A DNA stretch of 32,000 bases. Source: a bacterium (GTDB lineage Bacteria > Babelota > Babeliae > Babelales > RVW-14). A program made the position numbers and the translations under genes. Positions within the stretch are counted from its first letter, which is position 1, and each line of letters opens with the position of its first letter. The DNA is taken from positions 33,613-65,612 of the forward strand of contig CP064957.1 in assembly GCA_016699045.1 (NCBI GenBank), given 5' to 3'. Positions 1 to 8,293 of this stretch are shown in pieces. The notes under the pieces were generated by a model. It saw only the letters and a list, made by a program, of their open reading frames with translations, ran no database searches and had not been told where the DNA came from.

Positions 1-504
1 GTTAATAATGCCGGCATAGCGCGCGATGCATTGGCTGTTCGCATGCGTGAGGCAGACTGGGATGCTGTGCTCGATGTTAATCTCAAAGGGGCTTTTTTAT
101 GTGCTCAGCAAGCTCTCAAGCGCATGATGGTTTCTTCTGTTTCTGATGGTGGGCAACGTCTGCCTTCGTACATTATCAACATGAGTTCAGTGGTAGCATT
201 GACCGGAAACGCTGGCCAAGTGGCGTATGCGGCGAGTAAGGCTGGCTTGATTGCGTTGACCAAATCGTTGGCGCAGGAATATGCCAATCGTGGTATTTTA
301 GTTAATGCGATAGCGCCTGGCTTTATTGAAACGCCAATGACGCAGCGGCTTTCTGAAGAAATAAAGCATAAAATTTTTGAACAGATTCCGCTTAAGCGGT
401 TTGGTACGGTTGATGATGTAGCGCAGATGGTTTTATTTTTGACCTCTGGCAAGGCTGATTATGTTACTGGGCAGGTGTTAAGCGTTAATGGCGGTATGTA
501 TTAG
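1..504 (+). CDS. fabG: 3-oxoacyl-[acyl-carrier-protein] reductase FabG, 5' end cut by the window edge
   Basis: Frame 1 is open from nt 1 (VNNAGIARDALAV...). It has SDR motifs NMSS, YAASKAG (Y-x3-K) and PGFIETPMT. Stop codon at 502-504. The gene lies directly upstream of acpP-fabF, the classical fab cluster order. Confidence 0.93.
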   Translation, partial: VNNAGIARDALAVRMREADWDAVLDVNLKGAFLCAQQALKRMMVSSVSDGGQRLPSYIINMSSVVALTGNAGQVAYAASKAGLIALTKSLAQEYANRGILVNAIAPGFIETPMTQRLSEEIKHKIFEQIPLKRFGTVDDVAQMVLFLTSGKADYVTGQVLSVNGGMY

Positions 505-656
505 ATTTTTCATAAAATAAAAAAATGAAATATTTCACAAAAAGATAAAAACAGAACATAGAAAAATTCTCAATTTTCGCTATTCTTTAATTCTTTTAAA
601 AGATTATAAAAATTCGTTATAAATAAGTAGATAACTCAAATTAAAGGAGCTGCCAC

Positions 657-905
657 ATGGCTTTTTCACGCGAAGATACTTTACAAAAGATACAACTTAT
701 CATTGCCGACAAACTCAGCATGCCACAAGAAAATATTAAACCAGAAGCTACATTTAAAGATCTTGGCGCCGATTCATTGGACATTGTTGAAATTATCATG
801 AGCTTTGAAGAAACCTTTGGCGTTGAAATTAAAGACGAAGATGCTGAACAAATTAAAACAATTGCACAAGCGGTTGATTTAATTCATAACGCTCGTACCA
901 AATAA
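657..905 (+). CDS. acpP: Acyl carrier protein
   Basis: An 82-aa acidic protein with the phosphopantetheine attachment motif DLGADSLD. AAGGAG ribosome-binding site at 644-649, 7 nt before the ATG. Located between fabG and fabF. Confidence 0.95.
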   Translation: MAFSREDTLQKIQLIIADKLSMPQENIKPEATFKDLGADSLDIVEIIMSFEETFGVEIKDEDAEQIKTIAQAVDLIHNARTK

Positions 906-913
906 CGTATGAC

Positions 914-2197
914 ATGCAACACGCACAGAAATATGAAGTGGTGGTTACCGGCCTCGGGCTGGTAACGCCCGTCGGCAACGATGTGGCCACATCGTGGTAT
1001 GCGCTGACCAACGGCATTTCAGGAATAGAAGCTTATCAGCCGCCAGTCGATGCGCCAGCGTATCAGCACAATGTTGCTGGCATGCCAATCGGTTTAGTAA
1101 AAAATATCAATAATCAGCTTGATGCCTTGCTACCAGCCAAGCTACGGGCTCGCAGTGAGCGTTTTACGCATTTAGCATTACTTGCCAGCGGCCAGGCCAT
1201 GGCCGATGCCGGCTTTGATACGCAGATTCCGCATGAACGCGAAAGCTTTGGCGTGTACGTTGGCGTGGGGATTGGTGGCTTGGGCACCGTGCAAGAAGCA
1301 TCTCTTGGCTATGCCCAAAAAGGTGACAATGGCGTATCGCCGCTCGTGATTCCCAAAGCAATTAACAACATTGCCGCTTCGTGGGTAGCCATGCAGTACA
1401 ACCTGCAAGGGCCTATGCTCGCCCTGACCAATGCCTGTGCTTCAGGAGCAGACGCCATTGGTTTTGCCTTTCGGGCCGTGCGAGATGGCTATGCAAACAT
1501 TATGCTGGCGGGTGGGGCGGAAGGCTGTGCCAATCCGTTGGCCATGACCGCTTTTGACAATATGCGGGCGTTAACGCGTTGGTCGGGCAGCCCTCAGAGC
1601 GCCAGCCGGCCGTTTGATGCCCAGCGAGCAGGTTTTGTGATGGGCGAAGGAGCCGGGATGCTGGTTCTTGAGCGCAAAGAGCATGCCGTTGCTCGAGGCG
1701 CCAAAATATATGCCGAGATTGTCGGATATGGTTCTCAGGCAGATGCTTACCATCTGACGGCCATGCACCCAGAAGGGCGCGGTGCTGTCCAAGCAATCAG
1801 GCATGCGCTGCGCGATGCCAACCTAGCGCCAGAACAAATTGATTATATTAATGCTCATGGCACCGGAACGCTTATGAACGATATGGTGGAAACGCAAGCA
1901 TTACAACAAGTTTTTGGGCCGCATGTCGACCCGGCAACGCCTGGCCACGCGCTCGTGAGCTCAACAAAGTCCATGACTGGCCACATGATTGCGGCCGCCG
2001 GTGGTGTTGAAGCAGGCATTTGCGTGCTGGCACTTGAACATCAGCTGGTGCCGCCAACCATCAACCTGGACAACCCAGACCCAGCCTGTTCGCTTGATTA
2101 CGTGCCGCACGTGGCGCGTGAAAAGTGCGTGCGGTATGCGCTGTCGAATTCGTTTGGGTTTGGTGGTGGGAATGCGGTTTTGGTTTTTAAGAAATAA
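914..2197 (+). CDS. fabF: 3-oxoacyl-[ACP] synthase II (KAS II)
   Basis: 427 aa with the active-site Cys context LTNACASGA, His motifs NAHGTGT and MTGHMIAAAG, and the C-terminal NSFGFGGGNA motif. Confidence 0.95.
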   Translation: MQHAQKYEVVVTGLGLVTPVGNDVATSWYALTNGISGIEAYQPPVDAPAYQHNVAGMPIGLVKNINNQLDALLPAKLRARSERFTHLALLASGQAMADAGFDTQIPHERESFGVYVGVGIGGLGTVQEASLGYAQKGDNGVSPLVIPKAINNIAASWVAMQYNLQGPMLALTNACASGADAIGFAFRAVRDGYANIMLAGGAEGCANPLAMTAFDNMRALTRWSGSPQSASRPFDAQRAGFVMGEGAGMLVLERKEHAVARGAKIYAEIVGYGSQADAYHLTAMHPEGRGAVQAIRHALRDANLAPEQIDYINAHGTGTLMNDMVETQALQQVFGPHVDPATPGHALVSSTKSMTGHMIAAAGGVEAGICVLALEHQLVPPTINLDNPDPACSLDYVPHVAREKCVRYALSNSFGFGGGNAVLVFKK

Positions 2198-2214
2198 TAA
2201 GTTTTGAGATAAAA

Positions 2215-2238
2215 AGGCCTACAATTTCTTGTAGGCCT
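2215..2238. terminator. Hairpin between convergent fabF and the 2267..4453 gene
   Basis: Stem AGGCCTAC (2215-2222) pairs with GTAGGCCT (2231-2238). An A-run lies upstream on the + strand, which is a T-run after the hairpin on the - strand. Confidence 0.5.
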
Positions 2239-2266
2239 TGATAATTAGTTGATATAAATTTTCTTA

Positions 2267-4453
2267 TTACTCTTCTGTTGGTGGCTGAACAACATAATGT
2301 TTCGAGAGATCGTGTGTTACTGGAATGGCCAGAGGTACTGTTATTTTTCCTACATTAAATCCAAATGATAATGCTGACAATCCCATCATAGCCTTTCTTT
2401 CTACTCCTAATATAACCGCGACACCCGTAATAAAGGAATGAAGTGCTGTCATTCCCGCAGGACCAATCTTCTCCATACCCTGATCAACGATGGTAAGTGC
2501 TGCCCCAATTTCCCCTAGTGGCTTTGACGTCCAGTCATACGCGTCTGCACCTTTGGATACGAGATGATAATCACGCCATTCAAGGGCTTTTGCTGTTTGT
2601 TCTGGAGTGAATACGGTTACTGTTTCGTCGGCCCAGAAACTGAAAGGATTCCACTTGTGTCTGGTACGAATAGTTACGTTATAATCGCCATTGCTAGTTC
2701 TTTCTATTGTTTTTACGATGGCAATTTTATCTGAGAATTCAGGTCTTAAAGGGAATGCTTCTTTTAATAGTGCTTCGAAATTAGGATCAACCGCTTTTTC
2801 AGCTTTTTCTCTCAGCTGTTTTTCTTCTTCAACTTGTTGATTAAGTTGTGAAATTTCTTCTTTATGTTTCTCTTGTGATTCTGTTTCGCGTTGCTCAGCC
2901 TGTTTCTTTAGTAGTTTTTCTTCTTCAAGTTGTTGTTTTAATGCAGCTAGTTCTTTTCTGCTTATCTCTTCCCTGTTTTTGCTTTCTTTAAGTTCTTTTT
3001 TTAAGGTGATTGCTTCTGGGTCATCTGACGATGTTTCGTTAAGATTTGCTTCTATTTTGTTAGTATTTTTGATGTCTTGAGCAAGTAATTTTTCAAGTGT
3101 TTTTATAGCGGCTTGCGTATGTTCTTCAAAAATACTTATCAAGCTATTCCATGCTTTTTTAACAGTTGACGGGGCATTATCACGAGCTACTTTTTCAGCC
3201 AGTTCGTTGATTCGTTGTTGTTCGTACTGTTGAGCTTTTGCGGCTTCTAAGAATTGAGAGTGTGCAATCCGTGCTGTTTCTTTTTCAGCTTGTTTAGTTT
3301 CTTCAACTGCTTTGATATCAAAACCAGAATGTTGTACTGGGTCGTAGAAGCTAGAACTATAGCCAGTAAATAAATTGCGAATGCTTTGAAAAAAACTAGG
3401 TTGAGGCGTCGCTACTTGGTTTTGGGCAAATTCCGTTGGTGTTTGGTTCATTGTGCGTTGTTGCATTAAATTTATAGCGTCAATTTTTACTACGTCAGGA
3501 GTTGGTTGCTCAGCTTCGGCAACTTGAACTACTTCTTTTACCGCTGTTTCAAGATCTTGTGAGGGACTTGATGTGGTAATATCTTTGACTTGAATTTTTG
3601 CTACGTCGCCGGTTCCGTTAATGGCTTCGGTTACGTCGACAGCCTCAACTTGTTGAGGCGGGTGCATGCTTGGGTCTTGAATTTTTACTAAAAGATTGAA
3701 GCCGCCCACCGCAACAGACATCAACATGATGCCCGTCAAAAATTTAGTAGCAATTGAAGGCTTTTCTTCTACCAGTTCAGGAGCTTCAGGCATAAAAGCT
3801 TCAAGTGTTGCGGAAAGGTCTTTATAGATCTCATGATCAGTAATTTTTTGGAGTATTAAATCAGCAGGTTCAAGAAATTGTTCCTCAAAATTTTCTTCGC
3901 TCATTTCTTTTTTTACCAACGGAGTTCCGTGTTCAATTAAGAGCCTGAGCTTAGGAATCATAAGTGCCTGTTCTTCTGCCGATTGATGTGCAGTAAAAAA
4001 GTGAGAACATTCATTCAAAAGTTTAAAAAAATCCTCGCTGGTCATTTCTGTTCTTTTCTGAGCGACAGCATTTTCAAGAGTCTTTGCAAGGTCTTGGTAA
4101 GCGTTGTTGCCAATTATTTCTTCAATTTCGCCAAGAAGCTGAGCCTGAATACTGTCAGAGACCAGTTCAATGCGGCTTTGCTTACATTCTTTTATGGCTT
4201 TTTCGATAAACGACTTTGTTTGATTAAGCGCTTCTTGCTGGTCACTCTGATCCATATTTTCGTAGTTGTCCGCATACGCGTTGGCGTATTCTTGAGCCAG
4301 CTTATGCTCGCGCTCTTTGATTTTTGCTTGTGCGAGTTGGGCAAATTTGTTAATTTCTTTGCCTTTTGATAGCGGGCTGGTAACGCAAAAAGCGTTGCCG
4401 GCTAGCATGAAAGCGGCTACAAGCGCTAAGCTAAGTGTGCGATTAAACTTCAT
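2267..4453 (-). CDS. Large secreted or membrane-associated coiled-coil protein (hypothetical)
   Basis: The long ORF probably starts at MKFNRTLSLALVAAFMLAGNAF (ATG at 4453, AAGGA upstream), which reads as a signal peptide. The N-terminal module QTKSFIEKAIKEC...SIQAQLL resembles QTQAFIDMALHAC...SIEIQLI of the 4646..5599 protein. It also has a central hydrophobic segment (FLTGIMLMSVAVGGFNLLV), a Glu/Lys-rich coiled-coil region and hydrophobic C-terminal segments. Confidence 0.8.
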   Translation of the reverse strand: MKFNRTLSLALVAAFMLAGNAFCVTSPLSKGKEINKFAQLAQAKIKEREHKLAQEYANAYADNYENMDQSDQQEALNQTKSFIEKAIKECKQSRIELVSDSIQAQLLGEIEEIIGNNAYQDLAKTLENAVAQKRTEMTSEDFFKLLNECSHFFTAHQSAEEQALMIPKLRLLIEHGTPLVKKEMSEENFEEQFLEPADLILQKITDHEIYKDLSATLEAFMPEAPELVEEKPSIATKFLTGIMLMSVAVGGFNLLVKIQDPSMHPPQQVEAVDVTEAINGTGDVAKIQVKDITTSSPSQDLETAVKEVVQVAEAEQPTPDVVKIDAINLMQQRTMNQTPTEFAQNQVATPQPSFFQSIRNLFTGYSSSFYDPVQHSGFDIKAVEETKQAEKETARIAHSQFLEAAKAQQYEQQRINELAEKVARDNAPSTVKKAWNSLISIFEEHTQAAIKTLEKLLAQDIKNTNKIEANLNETSSDDPEAITLKKELKESKNREEISRKELAALKQQLEEEKLLKKQAEQRETESQEKHKEEISQLNQQVEEEKQLREKAEKAVDPNFEALLKEAFPLRPEFSDKIAIVKTIERTSNGDYNVTIRTRHKWNPFSFWADETVTVFTPEQTAKALEWRDYHLVSKGADAYDWTSKPLGEIGAALTIVDQGMEKIGPAGMTALHSFITGVAVILGVERKAMMGLSALSFGFNVGKITVPLAIPVTHDLSKHYVVQPPTEE

Positions 4454-4580
4454 ACAACATCCTTTTTTTAACATTATTAAGCTTTTTAATGGCTTATCTC
4501 ATTTTCTTTAGTTTAGCACCTTGCTTAATTAAATGTCAAATAGAAAATATTACAAAAGGAGGAGCGGGTGGGAGTTGGGG

Positions 4581-4615
4581 AAAACAAAAAAGGGGCGTAC
4601 CAGATGGTACGCCCC
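4581..4615 (-). terminator. Rho-independent terminator of the 4646..5599 gene
   Basis: On the - strand, GGGGCGTACC-atct-GGTACGCCCC is a 10-bp GC-rich stem followed by TTTTTTGTTTT. Confidence 0.75.
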
Positions 4616-4645
4616 GGAATTATTGGTCAGATCAGTTAAATTACT

Positions 4646-5599
4646 TTATTTAGCAATAGGCAGCGTTGGACAATCATTGAAAAAGCTGCGAAGCCACGAT
4701 ACGCATTCAGGGCTTACTGCTTTTGCTTCAAGGCGTGCTAGTTCGGCAAGTCTGGCTGCTTCTGCTGCTGCTGCTTTAGCTGCTGCCTCGGCTGCAAGTC
4801 TTGCAGCTTCCGTTGCCGCTTCGGCTGCTTTTCTTCCAGCTTCTGCGCGGGCTTTGGCGGCCAGTGCGTCTGAAAGGCTGCTTGGGATTGCTCCCGCGGT
4901 CAAAAAGTTGATCACTTCTTTATAGTCAGCTATGCCGTTGCCATTTAAATCAAATGGATTAATGCCGAAATAATAATAAGCAACTGTAGCTGCTGCTGCT
5001 AGCGTACCGACCCCGGCAACAGCCGCGCCCTTGCGGGAAAAAACTGTTGAGGCCCAGCTTTTAGCAGAAACGGGGTTGGCTGGGTTGTCTGCAGTAAGAT
5101 TGGCGGTAAAATGGTTGGCCAGGCTTGCTACAACATTGGCAGGTGCCGATTCAGCAAAGTGTTTACCAGCGGGCGTTTCTTGCTTTATGGTTTGTATTTC
5201 TTCTTGCTTGATTGGTGGGATTATTTGGTGGTTGGCAAAGTTTGTCTTAAGATAATTTTTGAGCGCTTTGCGAGCTGCTAGGTTTTGGGAGATGCTATTA
5301 ATAAGCTGTATTTCTATGCTGTTTTTTACGTGTTCAAAGCTTGCTTGGTCGTTGCAGGCATGTAATGCCATATCAATAAAAGCTTGTGTTTGTTCAATCA
5401 TCGCTGCTTGGGTTGCTGCATCAGCGTTGGCATTAGCGTTAAAAGCTTCTTGATAGCAAAGAGCTATATTGAATGCGTTATGTTGCGTGACCGGGACCGT
5501 GCTCAGTGTTTTAAAAGATTTTGGCAATGCGGCACCAAGGGCCTGGCTAGCGAACATGAGTGCGCATGCAAAAGCTATGCTTTTATGAATAAAGTTCAT
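4646..5599 (-). CDS. Secreted protein, paralog of 6490..7917, with one EF-hand-like loop, an Ala-rich helix and a C-x11-C tail
   Basis: Signal peptide MNFIHKSIAFACALMFASQALGA with a GGAGGT ribosome-binding site. Other elements are the loop DLNGNGIADYKE, an Ala/Glu/Lys/Arg-rich segment, and the C-terminal CVSWLRSFFNDCP, which matches CVSWIRSWFNDCP in the paralog. Confidence 0.85.
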   Translation of the reverse strand: MNFIHKSIAFACALMFASQALGAALPKSFKTLSTVPVTQHNAFNIALCYQEAFNANANADAATQAAMIEQTQAFIDMALHACNDQASFEHVKNSIEIQLINSISQNLAARKALKNYLKTNFANHQIIPPIKQEEIQTIKQETPAGKHFAESAPANVVASLANHFTANLTADNPANPVSAKSWASTVFSRKGAAVAGVGTLAAAATVAYYYFGINPFDLNGNGIADYKEVINFLTAGAIPSSLSDALAAKARAEAGRKAAEAATEAARLAAEAAAKAAAAEAARLAELARLEAKAVSPECVSWLRSFFNDCPTLPIAK

Positions 5600-5685
5600 A
5601 ATAAATACCTCCGAAAAAACTAAGAAAAATAACCTCGCACAGGATTTATAACCTTCCCAAATGGCTTTGATACCATTATGTATCC

Positions 5686-5714
5686 AGGCTACCCCGGGGT
5701 AGTTTTGTTGTCAA
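5686..5714 (-). promoter_or_regulatory. Candidate sigma70-type promoter (TTGACA-17-TAGCCT) for 4646..5599
   Basis: A perfect -35 TTGACA (rc of 5709-5714) is followed by a 17-nt spacer and a weak -10. The same arrangement is conserved upstream of the paralog at 8001..8029. Confidence 0.4.
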
Positions 5715-5756
5715 ATGGTCTATAAAAAGTTGACTATTTGGGTTTATATGGGGTTT

Positions 5757-6059
5757 TTATGAGTGCTTGATTTTGGCTTTTTTCTCGTTTGAGAGCCTTA
5801 TGAGCTCATCCCAATCCCGGGCAATTAAAGCTTCTTTTTTCCTTCTGGTCCAGCCTTTGATTTTTCGTTCCGCAGCAAGAGCTTCATCGCGCGTAACAAA
5901 GTCTTGTACAAAAACAACCTCGATTGGCAAGCGAGTGCTGGTATAACCTTTGGTTAGGCCAAAACGATGTTCGGAAATTCTTTTTTCAATATCATCTGTA
6001 TGGCCGGTGTAGTAAGATCCGTCGCTACATTTGAGGATGTAAACATAAAATGGAAGCAT
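5757..6059 (-). CDS. GIY-YIG nuclease family protein (small UPF0213-like)
   Basis: The sequence MLPFYVYILKCSDGSYYTGHTDDIEKRISEH...ERKIKGWTRRKKEALI carries the GIY-YIG signature (YVY...YTG...R...E). I place the start at ATG 6059, because the ORF-track extension to 6200 is translated repeat DNA. Confidence 0.85.
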   Translation of the reverse strand: MLPFYVYILKCSDGSYYTGHTDDIEKRISEHRFGLTKGYTSTRLPIEVVFVQDFVTRDEALAAERKIKGWTRRKKEALIARDWDELIRLSNEKKAKIKHS

Positions 6060-6115
6060 AGTATTTTTTTTATACCAATAAGATACGAATTTATTTTTCT
6101 TATTACTAATAGTAA

Positions 6116-6233
6116 CCGTTCGTCCTGAGCTTGTCGAAGGATTTGAACGGTTTCCTTTGTGCTTGGTGTGCGAGCATATTCGTCCTTTGTCCTTCGACAA
6201 GCTCAGGACATACGGACTCAGAGCGAATGGCGG
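6116..6233. repeat. Type A GC-rich palindromic repeat, inverted pair
   Basis: CCGTTCGTCCTGAGCTTGTCGAAGGATTTGAACGG (6116-6150) faces TCCTTCGACAAGCTCAGGACATACGG...CTCAGAGCGAATGG (6190-6233). The same 12-mer core, CGACAAGCTCAG, recurs at 17389, 17524 (rc), 23681, 24179 and 24290 (rc). Confidence 0.85.
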
Positions 6234-6324
6234 ATTATAAATTTTTATACTTGCGAGGTATGTTTTTACTTTTCCTTACCTCTGGTGCTTTTTTTATCAC
6301 AGGTTCTTAATATAGCCGTCAGCC

Positions 6325-6418
6325 CTGCCTGCCCGGCGTAGTTTTAACGAAGACGGGAGTTTATCGAAGGGTAGGGCGTAGTAGGAAGCGAAGCGTCTCG
6401 AAGGCCCTTGCCCGGCCC
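6325..6418. repeat. Type B GC-rich hairpin repeat cluster
   Basis: GCCCGGCGTAGTTTTAACGAAGACGGGAG...CGAAGGGTAGGGCGTAG...GCGTCTCGAAGG. Related copies lie at 12461-12500, 13946-14080, 23795-23828, 24322-24349 and 24381-24407. Confidence 0.8.
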
Positions 6419-6433
6419 CAGCCTGCACAAGCA

Positions 6434-6464
6434 TAAAAAAAGGGCGCACCTTGCGGGACGCCCT
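6434..6464 (-). terminator. Rho-independent terminator of the 6490..7917 gene
   Basis: On the - strand, the stem AGGGCG...CGCCCT is followed by TTTTTTT. Confidence 0.7.
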
Positions 6465-6489
6465 TTTCTAAAAGTATGATCAAGTTGTT

Positions 6490-7917
6490 TTATTTTTGAA
6501 CTGGACAGTCGTTGAACCAGCTGCGAATCCATGATACGCATCCAGCGCTATTTGCTTTTTCACGAGCTGCTTGTTCAAGAGCTGCTATTCTTGCAAGTTC
6601 TTCTTGACGAGCTGCTTCTGCTGCTTTTTCACGAGCTGCTTTTGCATGTGCGTCTGCACGACTTGTTGGAAGTGATCCTTTGCCAAGTTCATACATAACT
6701 GCTTCTTTTGCTGCCACTGCAGCGTCTTTAATTTCGGTAACATCAGCTACGCCGTTGCCGTTAAGGTCTGCGTTAGCAAGTGTGTTGTACGCGCTGTTGT
6801 ATCCTGCAACCAACGTGCTGTACGCGCTGTTGTAAGCGTTATCAGCAGCTTCTTTTGCTGCTACAGCAGCATCTTTAATTTCGGTAACGTCAGCTACGCC
6901 GTTGTCGTTAAGGTCTGCGTTAGCAAGTGTGCTGTACGCGCTGTTGTATCCTGCAACTAAAGTGCTGTATGCGCTGTTGTAAGCATTATCAGCAGCTTCT
7001 TTAACATCGGTAATATCCGCTACGCCGTTGCCGTTAAGGTCTGTGTTAAAGTCTGTATTAATCAAAGCATTGTACGCTTCATCGATATCTGATACGCCGT
7101 TGCCGTTTGTATCAAGGTTAAGGATGCGAGCGCCGCCATCAAGCGCGTAAACTGTTGCGCCAACGATACCAGTGCCAAGCGCGATTGCTCCATATTTACC
7201 TAATTCTTGAGCGATTACTTGAGCTTTAACTTGAGTTGCTATGTCTTGTTTTACTGCAACTTGATCTTGAATTTGAGCTGCTACGTCTGTTGGTTTTACT
7301 ACTGGATCAACAACAACAGGAGTTTCCACGTTTGTTGTTGAAGTAAAGTTGTCTACCAAAGGAATGAATTGCAACAAGTTGGTGCTTGGTGTTGCAGGAG
7401 TTACTGCAACTCCTTCTTCGTCGATTTCTACTATTTCAACATTGTTTGGTTTAATAACGTCATCAACGTTGACTGCTGCTTGCTTGTTGCGTTCGATTTC
7501 CAATGCTGCTTGTCTTTCTTCTGCAACTGTTGCAAAAGTTGGATATTGAGCATCAAGAAGTGCTTTGATTTCTTGCGCTGCCGTAGCATCATTGAAGTGA
7601 GATCTGATAGTGCCAGCAATGAAAATATCAATGGTGATATTTTTCAAGCGTGCAAAGCTATGATCGTCTGTTGCTGTCAAAAGAAGTTTACGAGAAAAAT
7701 CTTGTGCATTTTCAATGATGAGTTTTTTTGTATCAGAATCAGCGCTTTTATGAGCAATTATTGCTTTCTGATACATACTTGCCGTTGCTGTGGCATTCTG
7801 GTTTGTTACATTACTTGCAGCAACTAATGAGATGTCTTCAGGCAAGGTTGCGCCAAAAACTTGGCCAGTGAACATGATGGCGAAAGCAAAAGCTGCCGCT
7901 TTAAGGGTGAGTTTCAT
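6490..7917 (-). CDS. Secreted repeat protein with four EF-hand/dockerin-like Ca-binding loops and a C-x11-C tail
   Basis: I place the start at ATG 7917 (MKLTLKAAAFAFAIMFTGQVFGA), preceded by GGAGGT. The four loops are DTNGNGVSDIDE, DLNGNGVADITD, DLNDNGVADVTE and DLNGNGVADVTE. The C-terminus is CVSWIRSWFNDCPVQK. It is paralogous to 4646..5599 at both the N- and C-termini. Confidence 0.87.
   Translation of the reverse strand: MKLTLKAAAFAFAIMFTGQVFGATLPEDISLVAASNVTNQNATATASMYQKAIIAHKSADSDTKKLIIENAQDFSRKLLLTATDDHSFARLKNITIDIFIAGTIRSHFNDATAAQEIKALLDAQYPTFATVAEERQAALEIERNKQAAVNVDDVIKPNNVEIVEIDEEGVAVTPATPSTNLLQFIPLVDNFTSTTNVETPVVVDPVVKPTDVAAQIQDQVAVKQDIATQVKAQVIAQELGKYGAIALGTGIVGATVYALDGGARILNLDTNGNGVSDIDEAYNALINTDFNTDLNGNGVADITDVKEAADNAYNSAYSTLVAGYNSAYSTLANADLNDNGVADVTEIKDAAVAAKEAADNAYNSAYSTLVAGYNSAYNTLANADLNGNGVADVTEIKDAAVAAKEAVMYELGKGSLPTSRADAHAKAAREKAAEAARQEELARIAALEQAAREKANSAGCVSWIRSWFNDCPVQK
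6701..6994. repeat. Tandem duplication, 2 x 147 nt (49 aa), inside the 6490..7917 CDS
   Basis: Hand alignment of the two copies (6701-6847 and 6848-6994) shows about 11 mismatches in 147 nt. A partial third copy follows up to about 7043. Confidence 0.9.
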
Positions 7918-8000
7918 AATAAATACCTCCAAAAAAAATGAGAATAATAACCTCACAAATGAACTATAACCTCCAAAATGGCTCCATAACCATTTCCATC

Positions 8001-8029
8001 AGATTACCGGGAGGGGGTTTTATTGTCAA
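8001..8029 (-). promoter_or_regulatory. Candidate sigma70-type promoter (TTGACA-17-TAATCT) for 6490..7917
   Basis: It has a perfect -35 and a 17-nt spacer, and occupies the same relative position as the element at 5686..5714. Confidence 0.4.
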
Positions 8030-8293
8030 ATGGGGTATTTAATGGTGTTTTTGTTTGTTTTTGGCCTGTTTTTATTTTGGTGTGATATGTATTTTTATGT
8101 TTTGAGGCTTTTTTATGGGAGGTTATTGGGCAATATTCCTTCTTTTTTTTGTTTTAAGTTTGTTAAACTTACCAATAAATTGAGTGTGAGGGTTTAGAAA
8201 AAGGTACAGGGAGGAGGTGATTGTTTGGACAAATGAATCAGGTTTTTTCGTTGGAATTTAATTATTTAATCGAATTTTTTATGAGGCAATTTT

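Noticed and set aside
130-180. A short extra segment in FabG (VSSVSDGGQRLPS) relative to typical FabG sequences.
   Set aside because: This is a small loop insertion with the catalytic residues intact. It falls within the normal variation of SDR enzymes and is not noteworthy without structural data.
1164-2207. Several antisense or alternative-frame ORFs within fabF (1164..1361, 1178..1408, 1500..1796, 1571..1804, 1872..2057, 1989..2207).
   Set aside because: They are fully nested in a high-confidence, GC-richer housekeeping gene, and their products are low-complexity Arg/Pro/His-rich sequences typical of shadow ORFs.
4533-4925. Plus-strand ORF with an Ala/Ser-rich product overlapping the 3' end of 4646..5599.
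   Set aside because: It is antisense to the GC-rich Ala-codon tract. It also runs through the terminator hairpin of the minus-strand gene.
6060-6200. A 47-aa N-terminal extension of the GIY-YIG ORF (MSKDKGRICSHTKHKGNRSNPSTSSGRTV...).
   Set aside because: The extension is a translated type A repeat; PSTSSGRT is the repeat peptide also seen inside uppP. The GIY-YIG domain begins right at the internal ATG 6059.
7349-7827. Plus-strand ORFs 7349..7549 and 7369..7827 and minus-strand ORF 7431..7631, all inside the EF-hand repeat protein gene.
   Set aside because: They are shadow ORFs of the well-supported minus-strand CDS. The products are Cys/Phe-rich and have no start-site signals.
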